A DNA stretch of 64,000 nt from Marispirochaeta sp. (GCA_963676835.2 CAXXFF010000002.1:1120001-1184000), one strand, 5' to 3'. Numbered from the stretch's first letter, positions 9,283 to 18,411 are shown. Numbers and translations are program-made. The notes: generated from the letters alone by a model not told the origin.

Positions 9283-11454
9283 ATGAATATAACAGATGTG
9301 AAGGAAAGTATTAAAGCATTAAAGAATCCGGATCTTGATATTGGCGTTCTTGAGAAAAAGATGAGCGAAATTGCTCAGTTTTTTCATACAAACGGGGCGC
9401 CGGATAATAATGAAATCTTTTCCTGGTTCGGCGACCTTGTTCCACAGTATGCAGTGAGTGACACTGACAGCTGCACCAGGCTGAAGGATATTTTCGGCGA
9501 AATATTTTCCCGACGGGGATCACGGCGGGAGCGCAGGCTAAGGCTTCGTGAGCTTGAGGCTCTTCTCGATTTTTATCGCCGCTACAGTTCCGCCTCTACG
9601 GCTCTATTTGAATGGCTTAACGAAAACGGTGAGGGCGGGTTGGATATCAGCAGCCTGAATCACGAACTCTTCAGTATAGAAGAGGGAACAGAATCAGACC
9701 TGCAGGCTGGTTTCCTTTCTCTCCTGGCAGAACTATCACCCCGCTTTTCTGTAGAATGGATAGAGCAGATGCAGGCTCTGCCTGTACAGGGGAAACTCAC
9801 CCTCCTTGAGCTGCCACCGCTTGAGGAGCTGACCGGCATACTGTTTGAGCTTCAGAATAGAGCTCGAAGGGAGGGCTTACTTGCTTTGGAGGATGTTCTG
9901 GAGCAACTGCCGCCGCTGTTAACCGCTTTTTTCCGGCTGGTAGTGGACGGGACACCCCCGGACCTTCTCGATTCAGGTATGGACCGATATTTTTCCAGCC
10001 TGGAACGGCGACTGAATGAGTATCAGGAGATTGTTGCCGATGGGGCGCAGATGGTTGCGAAAGGGATAAACCGGATGGTAATCGAAGAGCTCTGCCGGAA
10101 GCCTTCAATGCTCAACCTGTTTTCCAGTCCCGATGAGGCTGCTTCGATGGAGGGCGGCGCCAGGAACGGTTCTGGTTTGAATAGTGAACAGGATTCTATC
10201 ATCAATATTCTGATTTCAATGGCAGATGTCACACGGAGGGAAGGTTTGCTGGCTCTGCAGTGGTTCCCCACAGAGGGGCTGCCCGATGCATTAATAAACC
10301 TGCCCGAAATAATCCTCGAGTGTGCTGATGATTCAGATTTGTTAGGCTATATGCTCGCCAGGATCTTCTCTCAACTTAAAGATACTCTCTTTCATGCCAA
10401 AATGATTACCACCAGTATGATCCGGATTATCTATCAGGGGGAAAGCCCGTCTGCTTCGGAGGATCTTTTTAAGATTATCTCCGGCAGGACTGAAGGGACA
10501 GCCGGATTTTCCGGTATAGCGGATATGGTGGTGGATTGTGTGCGGAACAGTGAGCAGCCTTTTCAGCTCCTGCTCCATCTGCAGGATTACTGTACTGCTG
10601 CAGCCGACTATGCGGGAGCACTGCGGCGTTTAAGCCATATGGCAGAGGATAAAGAACTAACGGCACTTTTAACAGCGCAAATTGAAGAGCATGGAGCCTC
10701 TTTTCCCTCTCTGGTAAGAGATAGGAAAGCCCAGCTAATTTGTATTAACGGTGAAGAAGAGGCTTCCCTCAGGCGTATAGAAATGCAGATTAATACGTAT
10801 AAGATTGAACAGGATAAACGTGATGCGGAAAAAACACCCGCATTGGAGAATCTTCATCTGATTGCAGATGCGGAAAAACTGGAGCAGTTTTCCCTTTTTC
10901 TACTGGAGAGTTATGCCCGCCGGCAGCAGGAGCAGGAGAGAGTTTTTTCTGAGTTAAGGAATGCGGAAAGAGCCCGGATACAGACCGCCGCCGGAGAGAT
11001 CTTCGGCCGGGAATTACCGGTTTTTGAATTTACCGGTGAGGATACAGAAATTACCTATGCAGAAAAACTCTTTCCCCGCAGCCGTGTGGGGATGGCGGCA
11101 CTTATTCGTGATCGATTTTCCGATGAGGACGTGCAGAATCTTCTGGCAAAGATGACTGTGTTTAATGATGTTCTGCTGCTGAATGATCGCGATATGCAGA
11201 AGCTGCTGCGGGAGCTAGCCATTGAAGATCTCGCTCTTGCTTTAAAAGGGGCCGACGAAGAGGTTGTTGAAAAGTTCTACAGGAATATCTCGCAGAGAGC
11301 AGCCGCCGTCCTTCAGGAAGAAATGGTGTATATGGGTCCTGTTGCGGTTACGAAGGTTCGGGAGGCTCAGGATCGCATACTTCAGATTTTGCAGAAGCTT
11401 GAAGAGCAGGGTGAAATTACACTCCCCTGCCCGGAAGGTGAAGGATGGGTGTAG
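9283..11454 (+). CDS. FliG C-terminal domain protein with two MotA-like cytoplasmic repeats
   Basis: C-terminus VFNDVLLLNDRDMQKLLRE..LALALKGA..NISQRAAAVLQEEMVYMGPV..VREAQ is FliG_C; ARREGLLALE..VVDG and TRREGLLALQ are MotA-like. Start 9283 follows a GGAGA SD. Confidence 0.8.
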   Translation: MNITDVKESIKALKNPDLDIGVLEKKMSEIAQFFHTNGAPDNNEIFSWFGDLVPQYAVSDTDSCTRLKDIFGEIFSRRGSRRERRLRLRELEALLDFYRRYSSASTALFEWLNENGEGGLDISSLNHELFSIEEGTESDLQAGFLSLLAELSPRFSVEWIEQMQALPVQGKLTLLELPPLEELTGILFELQNRARREGLLALEDVLEQLPPLLTAFFRLVVDGTPPDLLDSGMDRYFSSLERRLNEYQEIVADGAQMVAKGINRMVIEELCRKPSMLNLFSSPDEAASMEGGARNGSGLNSEQDSIINILISMADVTRREGLLALQWFPTEGLPDALINLPEIILECADDSDLLGYMLARIFSQLKDTLFHAKMITTSMIRIIYQGESPSASEDLFKIISGRTEGTAGFSGIADMVVDCVRNSEQPFQLLLHLQDYCTAAADYAGALRRLSHMAEDKELTALLTAQIEEHGASFPSLVRDRKAQLICINGEEEASLRRIEMQINTYKIEQDKRDAEKTPALENLHLIADAEKLEQFSLFLLESYARRQQEQERVFSELRNAERARIQTAAGEIFGRELPVFEFTGEDTEITYAEKLFPRSRVGMAALIRDRFSDEDVQNLLAKMTVFNDVLLLNDRDMQKLLRELAIEDLALALKGADEEVVEKFYRNISQRAAAVLQEEMVYMGPVAVTKVREAQDRILQILQKLEEQGEITLPCPEGEGWV

Positions 11455-11516
11455 TGCCCTGACAACGGCGGAGTCAGGGGATGCCATTTCGACTCCCTGA
11501 AAGGTTTTGAAAACTT

Positions 11517-14180
11517 CTATACATTCACATCAAACCAGAACGCCGCCGCTTCCTGCTCAATCCCGGCTGTCATCCCACGCCATATCGCGCCGTACTGCAT
11601 CTTCTCCGCGGCAAACTCCATGTTCAGTTCATTTGTCAGCCGGAAGACGCGGTATTCTCCGGGATCATGTTCACCGGTCAGGTTATTGCGTATTATCCTG
11701 GGTACATACAGCGGGGCGTCGCCGTCAATAAGGTGATATTCGCCGTACCCGGGAATCCCTGGTCCTGCAGCGCTGTCATTTGCCCTGAAGACTGTATCCA
11801 GAATGGGTTGCAAGGTTTCATCCGGCAGTTCCTGCTCCATCAGCCACTCATAGGCCATTCTGTTGGCTGCAGCTTCTTCAAGCCGGCAGAAGTATCCGGC
11901 CTTGTCCGCATGCATGTGGCTGCAGGCATCGTTGCCAAGCACTGTTTCCATAAAAGTGTGGAATAGTTCATGCACTGCAATTGAGCGTATAAGGGGCTCT
12001 ATACTCTCTCTATCCAGGCCTTGTCTGTGAATCAGTTCTATTATTCTGACTGCATTGAAGTATATTCCCGAGCGGTGCTTACGTTCATTGTCCAGGGAGC
12101 AACGCAGCAGATAGCAGGCGAAATAATCGGCGGTTTCTTCCGGGCCGGTTTTATCAAAAACTATCGGTTCCCTGCCTGCAGGTTCGCTCTTCAGCCGGTT
12201 GAGTATGGTTCCTATCTGGCCGGTAGATTCTGCAGCCCGTAATTTTCTGGGGTCCGGGCCTTCAAAAATTTCCCGTATCATCTGGTGCTTCCGGCTGGGG
12301 TCTTTTCCCGGTTCCGGGCTGCTCATTTGTTCAGCTTTCTCTGCAGATAGAGCCCGGGCTTTCTCCAGGGACTCTTCCAATGCGGAACTTCCGGCGGTGC
12401 TCTGTTTAAAAAGAGATACCACCTCCGACAGACTTAAGGGCCCCGGCTGGCGTGGTGATACCGGGGGCTGTTCCGGCTTTTCCGGTTCTGCCGGAATAAG
12501 CGGTTCTGCTGCTGCCGGGTCTTTTTGCCCGGGTAAATCAAGGGTGCTTTTCATGGTAAAGGTGGTCAGCCCTTTTATGTCTGGAGGCGCTTCGGGAGCT
12601 TTAAGGTCTGCCAGAACGCTGTTTTCTTCTTTGAATCCAGCAAGAAAACCAAGGAGTTCATGGTCTTCCTTTTTTTCAGCCTCCTCTCTCAATGCTTTTG
12701 CCAGTCTGTAGGCGACGTTTGGAGGTTGACAGGCTTCTAAGAGGCCTGTCAGTCCGTCGAGGTTGAAAAATCCGCCGTCCTTTCCATCTTCACCTTTTTC
12801 TTCCTGAATAAAGGATTTGAGAGATCCGAAGTTGATTCGGAACTTCCTGTCCTCCTCGGAAATGTCTTTTCCACTGGCAAAGGGGTTGCTTGTGGCTGGA
12901 TTGTCCTGCAGGGTGGCTCTCATTTTGTTCTGGCAGGATTCAAGTGAGTAGCCCGTCCGTTCCGCGGTGAGCAGAATATCAGTGCCTAATAGCTTTACAT
13001 AGGTGCTCTGATGATCAAGAAGCTTTGTGACAACCTGGAGCTGGTTCTGATTAATTTTTTTCTCACTGACTATTCTAAGCATCAGCGGGGTAAAGGCTTC
13101 GGTAACTGTGTGGTAGGCAGACGGTTTGTGCAGACTTCCGGGAAAGGGTCTGCTTAAAAATTCTATACCCGATATAAACGGATCGGGAACTGCAGTACTG
13201 CCGGATAGAATGAACTCCGCAAGCCCGAGCTGAAGCAGGGCAGCCTCTTCGTAGGTATTGTTTTTTAAGGGCGATTGATTTTGAAGAATCCTAACCAACG
13301 GCGGGTTTCTCCGGATGGTATCACTGTTGAGATACAGGCCCGCAAGCCGAATAAGATGATTTCGCAGCAATGGCGAATCGCCTGTAAGCAAGTTTGAGAA
13401 CTCAGTCAGGGGGATTGGAAAATCTGCACCGGTATTTCCGGCAACGGTAAAAACCCAGTCCAGTTCGGTATCGCCGATCCTGCCGGACACAAGCAGATCA
13501 ATCCAGCCCCGAACCCGGCGCTTAACAGTTTCAGTTGTTTTTATTCCGGCGGTATAGGCTTTGCGGGCAGCGTTGAGAAAGGATGTGTAGTTTTCGCAGC
13601 GCAGCTTAAGCACATCTTTCCAGGACTCTATTTCCGGGTAGATCCTTAAAGGGTCGTTCCAGCCGGATATGGCGGCGAAAATACGGTCCCACACCCAGGA
13701 GCTCTGTTCTGTTGCTTTTGCTGTGCGGATAAGCTCTTCAATTTTGTCATCCATGTCGGAAGCGGAAAGCATAAGGTTTATGGCGGCCCAGTATTTCCTT
13801 CCCCGCAGCCGTTCTTCCTCTTCGGTTTCCGGATGAGCACAGAAGCGTACCAGAAACAGCACATCATCATCGGTTTCCGCTTCTCCGAAGAGGCCGAAAA
13901 TCTCTTTGCTGATCTCTATGGATTGGGCCGCAGTATAGTAAAGGTTCAGCAGCGCCTTTTCGCTGAGAAGGTCGTTTCCGGCAAAAAGACAGGCTCCCAG
14001 AAATTCTGTAATATTTTTTTCGGGTACGGATTCGCTTTTCCCGGTGTTGTAGATTTCCTTTTGGATTTCCAGCAGTTTTTCTTCGTCCTTCTCAGTGGAA
14101 AACCCGAGGCTTGCAAGAAGCTCAATTGCCGGTTCTCTGTTATTCTCAGGCTTGTCCGGGGAAAACTTTATTAATGACAT
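11517..14180 (-). CDS. Large hypothetical protein, helical N-terminus and C-terminal HExxH zincin-like domain
   Basis: IAVHELFHTFME...CRLEEAAAN; Pro-rich linker; GGAGG SD before ATG 14180 (track start 14198). Confidence 0.75.
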   Translation of the reverse strand: MSLIKFSPDKPENNREPAIELLASLGFSTEKDEEKLLEIQKEIYNTGKSESVPEKNITEFLGACLFAGNDLLSEKALLNLYYTAAQSIEISKEIFGLFGEAETDDDVLFLVRFCAHPETEEEERLRGRKYWAAINLMLSASDMDDKIEELIRTAKATEQSSWVWDRIFAAISGWNDPLRIYPEIESWKDVLKLRCENYTSFLNAARKAYTAGIKTTETVKRRVRGWIDLLVSGRIGDTELDWVFTVAGNTGADFPIPLTEFSNLLTGDSPLLRNHLIRLAGLYLNSDTIRRNPPLVRILQNQSPLKNNTYEEAALLQLGLAEFILSGSTAVPDPFISGIEFLSRPFPGSLHKPSAYHTVTEAFTPLMLRIVSEKKINQNQLQVVTKLLDHQSTYVKLLGTDILLTAERTGYSLESCQNKMRATLQDNPATSNPFASGKDISEEDRKFRINFGSLKSFIQEEKGEDGKDGGFFNLDGLTGLLEACQPPNVAYRLAKALREEAEKKEDHELLGFLAGFKEENSVLADLKAPEAPPDIKGLTTFTMKSTLDLPGQKDPAAAEPLIPAEPEKPEQPPVSPRQPGPLSLSEVVSLFKQSTAGSSALEESLEKARALSAEKAEQMSSPEPGKDPSRKHQMIREIFEGPDPRKLRAAESTGQIGTILNRLKSEPAGREPIVFDKTGPEETADYFACYLLRCSLDNERKHRSGIYFNAVRIIELIHRQGLDRESIEPLIRSIAVHELFHTFMETVLGNDACSHMHADKAGYFCRLEEAAANRMAYEWLMEQELPDETLQPILDTVFRANDSAAGPGIPGYGEYHLIDGDAPLYVPRIIRNNLTGEHDPGEYRVFRLTNELNMEFAAEKMQYGAIWRGMTAGIEQEAAAFWFDVNV

Positions 14181-14334
14181 TGAAGCCTCCTGCGCCATGA
14201 ATTATAGTCATATAGTTCCATTGGTAAAATAGTCGGGGAGCATTCATATTTACGGCAGAATTTTAGATACAGCAAAGAGTGAACTCCTTACCGCCGATGC
14301 CGACTTTGATGCACTGCTTAAAAGGCGCGCTCCT

Positions 14335-15066
14335 GTGTCTGATCTTGCCGACTGTATCCGTACACGTTTTTTTCCCGTTGCATTTCTGTATGCCCATACA
14401 ATTCTCCGCCGCAGATTCTCCGGAGAAGAACTCTATGACCGCTCGGCGGAGCTGGCGCAGAAGGGGATAAATGATCAGCTGCACAGGCTTGCAGCTGGAG
14501 AGTTCAACTTTGCCGGAAGAAGTAAATACTCTTCTTACCTCTACGGCATTCTTGTAAAAATGGTAAACGCCCGGGTCAAAACTCCTGTCCCGATTATGCG
14601 AAAAGGATTCCCCGCCCATGAGGTGTATCAGATGGCCTTTGGCGGATGGTCCGACCGGGAAATTCTGTCCGAGATGGTCTTTAACCGTGGAGCGCAGGAA
14701 GCTGCAGTAAAGAAAGCCATTGCCGACACACGGAAATACCTGGCGGAAAAGAGTCCCAAAGAATATGATGCGGATATTACCCTTGAATCCTACGATGCAA
14801 TACTCGAGGAGCCTGCCTTGGGCAGGGAACCGGGAACCCGGAGTTCTGCCCTGGATGATGTTATTCATGCGGAAACCTATGAAGCTCTGCATGATGCCAT
14901 AGATTCCCTGAACGATACCGAAAGGCAGCTTATCGAAGACCATTTCTTTATGGAGCAGCCCCTTAAGGAAATCGGGGCAAGGCTTTGTATTACAAATCCT
15001 GTGTACGAAAAGAACAAAGCTCTTCAGAAAATGGGCAGCAGTCTGAGAGACCGTCTTCCGGAATAA
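14335..15066 (+). CDS. Sigma-70 family (ECF-like) sigma factor, atypical
   Basis: Region 2-like SAELAQKG..FAGRSKYSSYLYGILV; region 4-like ALHDAIDSLNDTERQLIEDHFFMEQPLKEIG. The frame is open upstream to 14233. Confidence 0.75.
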   Translation: MSDLADCIRTRFFPVAFLYAHTILRRRFSGEELYDRSAELAQKGINDQLHRLAAGEFNFAGRSKYSSYLYGILVKMVNARVKTPVPIMRKGFPAHEVYQMAFGGWSDREILSEMVFNRGAQEAAVKKAIADTRKYLAEKSPKEYDADITLESYDAILEEPALGREPGTRSSALDDVIHAETYEALHDAIDSLNDTERQLIEDHFFMEQPLKEIGARLCITNPVYEKNKALQKMGSSLRDRLPE

Positions 15067-15083
15067 ACTCCGAGAATCCCGCA

Positions 15084-17258
15084 TCATGCAGCTCCGGAGA
15101 AACCAACAGGCCGGGAGATTCCGCCCTGTTTTTCTTTCACTTCCTCTTCGAGTTCATGTATGGCCTCTTCGATAGCGGGCTTGTCGATGCCGGAGAATAA
15201 GAGACGCTCTGAGGCTGCCTTGAAGTCTCCGGGAGTGAGCTGAAGAAGGGAATCAAGCCTTTTTACGGTTTCCCTGTCTTCAGTGTCTAAAGAGCATTCG
15301 GGAAAATACTTCCTGAACAGGGTCATTCGTCCTTCCCGGTCCAGAGGATGAAATTCAACCTTGAAGGTGAAGCGCCGCATTACCGCGGCATCCAGGATTT
15401 CTTTGAGGTTGGTGGTGCAGAAGAAGAGACCGTTGAACTCCTCCATGCAGGTTAACAGTTCATTTACCTGGGTTCGCTCCCAGGAGTTGCGGGCGTCGTT
15501 CCGGTCCGCAAGAAAAGTGTCCACTTCATCGATGAGGAGAATGCTGTTTGACTCCTCCGCTTCCTGAAAGGCATCCCGAATATTTATCTCTGTTTCGCCC
15601 ACGTACTTGCTTAAAAGGTCGGAAGAGCGCCTGGTTATAAGGGGCAGTCCGCTCGTTTCTGCAACATGTTTTACGAAGGCGCTTTTTCCGGTGCCGCTGA
15701 GACCGTACAGGAGGGTGCTGATTCCCCGGTTTATACGGCCGTCCCGAAAACCTTCGGCGGCAGTTATCAGGCGTTCCACTGGGGTGCTGGTGTTGAGGGC
15801 GGAAAGTTCATAGCGGGATTCTCCGCTTTTTACCGGGCTTATTTTTCCGCCGGTAAGACTCATGTGCCGTTTGAGGAGAGTATCCAGGGTTTCCCGAACC
15901 ACGGCTTCGCTCATCTTCTTTCTTCCTGCAATACTCTTCAGGCTCTTCAGTGCTATGGCAATCAGTCCCGGGGGAGCTTCGTACCGCCCTGCGAAATCAG
16001 CAGCCATTTCATCGGAAATCAGGTGTCCCGCCGGGCTGGATTTAATTACGGAATGCCACTCCTTCAGGCGGTGAGAGGCGCTTTTTGTTTTGAACTCCAT
16101 GGAAAAATTGAACCGCCTGAGAACCGCTTTGTGAACAGCGGAGATGGAATTGCTTATCCATACAACATGGGCCTTGTAAGCCTCCATGACTGTGATAATC
16201 CACGCTTTATCTATGCCGTCTATTTTGAACAGGGACTCTGTATTCAGCAGAAAGTCCATCTCGTCAGCAATTAAAACTGCCTGCTCCCGTTCGGCCTGGA
16301 TTATTCCCATGAGCAGGGCTGCCCGTTTTGTTTCTGTATTATCATCTACCGGCATGTTCAAAATAAAAACCTTTCTTCCCGATTCTCCCGCAAGGGAACG
16401 GGCAAGTTCAGTCTTTCCTGTTCCCGGTTTTCCATGAAAAAGAATGTGAGCAGGAACAGCCGAAGAAAGCAGTCTGGAGAGTATTTTTATATCCTGTCCG
16501 GGGATGGAGAAACTTTCGAGAGAAAATCTTTCACCCGTATCACGGCTGCTGAAAAGTCCTAATTTCAGATCCATGTTTTTGGTGAAAAAAATCTGCTGAA
16601 CCTGGTCAATAAGGCCTTTTTCAGTAAATTGCTGAGCGTTACTGTTCTCTAACAGCCCGCTGGACCCGATGCTTCCCTGTGGTTTTGTCCGTTTCATTAA
16701 TTCATGGAGGGGCAATCCTGCAGCCCGGGCTGCCAGGTCATTACTCAGGGAGGTGCGGCCGTTGTTGAAGATGTTATCCAGAATACTTGAATGTTTGTAG
16801 AAATAGAGAAGGGCCAGGATCGAGAGGTCTTTATCATCAAAGCGAAAAACTGACTTGAGCTGTTCAAACTGCCGGGGATAGGCGGATACCTGTTCACTGT
16901 ACCGGGGAGTGCCATCCCAGATATCTATGAGAATTTTCATTGTGGCAACTGCTGAGAGTTTACACTGTTTATCTCTCCACATATCATCAATGGTGTCTGC
17001 TATGGAGTTCGGTGAAGAGAGGTTGCAGTTCATTAATTCTGCATAATCAATCTCCTCTTTGCCCTTGTAGGATGATACGGTTTTAACCAGTCTGCGCCTG
17101 TCAGAGAGGGGCATCAGCTTGAGGTAGTCTTCCAGAATACTCATGTCCATTTTAAATGCACCCAACAGGTTTGACATGAAGTAGCGTATTACCGGTGCAA
17201 AGCGCTGCATGGCGTTGGTGATCCTTCGACGTGTTCTCTGGTTTCCGGTTGCAGTCAT
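15084..17258 (-). CDS. Double AAA+ domain ATPase
   Basis: Walker A GKPGTGKT and GLSGTGKS; Walker B LIADEMD and LLIDEVD; SRH motifs AVLRRF and DAAVMRRF. Confidence 0.9.
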   Translation of the reverse strand: MTATGNQRTRRRITNAMQRFAPVIRYFMSNLLGAFKMDMSILEDYLKLMPLSDRRRLVKTVSSYKGKEEIDYAELMNCNLSSPNSIADTIDDMWRDKQCKLSAVATMKILIDIWDGTPRYSEQVSAYPRQFEQLKSVFRFDDKDLSILALLYFYKHSSILDNIFNNGRTSLSNDLAARAAGLPLHELMKRTKPQGSIGSSGLLENSNAQQFTEKGLIDQVQQIFFTKNMDLKLGLFSSRDTGERFSLESFSIPGQDIKILSRLLSSAVPAHILFHGKPGTGKTELARSLAGESGRKVFILNMPVDDNTETKRAALLMGIIQAEREQAVLIADEMDFLLNTESLFKIDGIDKAWIITVMEAYKAHVVWISNSISAVHKAVLRRFNFSMEFKTKSASHRLKEWHSVIKSSPAGHLISDEMAADFAGRYEAPPGLIAIALKSLKSIAGRKKMSEAVVRETLDTLLKRHMSLTGGKISPVKSGESRYELSALNTSTPVERLITAAEGFRDGRINRGISTLLYGLSGTGKSAFVKHVAETSGLPLITRRSSDLLSKYVGETEINIRDAFQEAEESNSILLIDEVDTFLADRNDARNSWERTQVNELLTCMEEFNGLFFCTTNLKEILDAAVMRRFTFKVEFHPLDREGRMTLFRKYFPECSLDTEDRETVKRLDSLLQLTPGDFKAASERLLFSGIDKPAIEEAIHELEEEVKEKQGGISRPVGFSGAA

Positions 17259-17289
17259 TATTCCTCCTGAATATCTTCTGTTCTCTTTA

Positions 17290-17323
17290 GTGGGAAAAAG
17301 CGGCTGAGAAAAAAACTTTTTCC
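17290..17323 (-). promoter_or_regulatory. Shared upstream motif, copy B (AAA ATPase)
   Basis: GGAAAAAGTTTTTTTCTCAGCCGCTTTTTCCCAC on the minus strand. Confidence 0.55.
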
Positions 17324-17331
17324 GGGTTTTT

Positions 17332-17547
17332 TCAGAAACCCAGCATGTTCCGTTCCCAAAAGGGGCTGAAAACTCTCTTTGTCCATGAATCTGAATGATG
17401 CTGAAGTCTGCGTCCGCAGACGGGGCAGTTTCCGTTTTTGCCGTAACAGCTTGAACAGCGGATAATTTCAGGGTGAAAGCTGCAGCTGTAGTGCTCGTCG
17501 TTGGCGGTGTCGATCTGTGTTTTGCAGTCGATACAGGATTCGCTCAT
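17332..17547 (-). CDS. Small Cys-rich (zinc-finger-like) protein
   Basis: CxxC..CxxH..CxxC..CxxC; GGAGG SD before ATG 17547. Confidence 0.7.
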   Translation of the reverse strand: MSESCIDCKTQIDTANDEHYSCSFHPEIIRCSSCYGKNGNCPVCGRRLQHHSDSWTKRVFSPFWERNMLGF

Positions 17548-17578
17548 GTGTTCCTCCATTCTTGTTCATCTTCTGTTG

Positions 17579-17612
17579 GTGGGAAAATCTGATGGGGGAA
17601 AAATATTTTTTC
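17579..17612 (-). promoter_or_regulatory. Shared upstream motif, copy C (Cys-rich protein)
   Basis: GAAAAAATATTTTTCCCCCATCAGATTTTCCCAC on the minus strand. Confidence 0.55.
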
Positions 17613-17662
17613 AGGCGGTGATTAGGTGGAGAAACGTGACTGAAAACAGAGAGCTTGATTAT

Positions 17663-17730
17663 TGCGGTAGTTGAGCGGACATGTACTGAGTAGAGCTTGC
17701 ACTGAGCGCGGTCGAAGTGGTCGAAATCAC
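17663..17730. repeat. Interrupted REP-like element related to 5133-5248
   Basis: TGCGGTAGTTGAGCG ... GGTCGAAATCAC split by an insert containing ACTGAGCGCGGTCGAAGT. Confidence 0.6.
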
Positions 17731-17731
17731 A

Positions 17732-18163
17732 TCACGCCGGATCAATGACCTCAAAGAATCCGAATTCCTCAAAATCTTTTACATTCCTTGTATGGAATTC
17801 CTTTACGCCATTCTCTTTCAGGACAACCGCCAGCTTTGCATCAAAGCACCTCCGTGGAGGAAACTGCGGGTTTTTCCACAGGGTATCCAGACTTTTCATC
17901 ATATCCGGCTCCCAGGCGCAACGGAGCCAGCCGCTTTTGTTGCGGTACCAGTCCACAGCACCGGCAGCTTGTTCCGCATTAAGGGGTTTTTCCAGCACCG
18001 TGCTGTTACGCAGCAGCCGGTACAGTTCAAACCAGACCTGGTCAGCTATTATCCACTCCCGGGGCCGGCTCAGAGCCTTTTCTATCAGTGTGCGGCAACT
18101 ATCGTATTCTCTGCAGTCGCTGTTCAGGGCATAAAACAGAACATTGGTGTCGAGGCTTTTCAC
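17732..18163 (-). CDS. vapC: VapC-family PIN toxin
   Basis: SLDTNVLFYA, FELYRLL, FDAKLA, TRNVKDF. Confidence 0.88.
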   Translation of the reverse strand: MKSLDTNVLFYALNSDCREYDSCRTLIEKALSRPREWIIADQVWFELYRLLRNSTVLEKPLNAEQAAGAVDWYRNKSGWLRCAWEPDMMKSLDTLWKNPQFPPRRCFDAKLAVVLKENGVKEFHTRNVKDFEEFGFFEVIDPA

Positions 18164-18411
18164 TATTTCCGGGTTCCATCAGTTCTATCTGTGTAGGCAA
18201 TATCCCGAAGAGTGGAAGCATCAGCCGTGACATGCCCGCAGGAATACACCGGCGGAGCTTCATTGACGGTACTATCTTCTGCACCATAGCGGGAAAGCCA
18301 GAGATCGACAGCGCTGCGTATGAGTTCGCTCACCGGCCGGTCCTGGCTTTTTGCCATCCGCCGTAACCGCTCAAGCTGAGGTTCAGGAAAAAGTATCTGC
18401 ATTCTTTCCAT
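18163..18411 (-). CDS. CopG/RHH antitoxin
   Basis: MERMQILFPEPQLERLRRMAKSQDRPVSELIRSAVD; TTGACC-N18-TATACT promoter places the start at 18411. Confidence 0.85.
   Translation of the reverse strand: MERMQILFPEPQLERLRRMAKSQDRPVSELIRSAVDLWLSRYGAEDSTVNEAPPVYSCGHVTADASTLRDIAYTDRTDGTRK

Noticed and set aside
2290..11517. Integron cassette array
   Set aside because: No consistent RYYYAAC..GTTRRRY attC sites between genes and no intI seen.
14263..16437. Long antisense ORFs (e.g. 14263-15087, 15666-16274) and similar ones elsewhere
   Set aside because: Shadow frames of well-supported genes, with no motifs or SD sequences.
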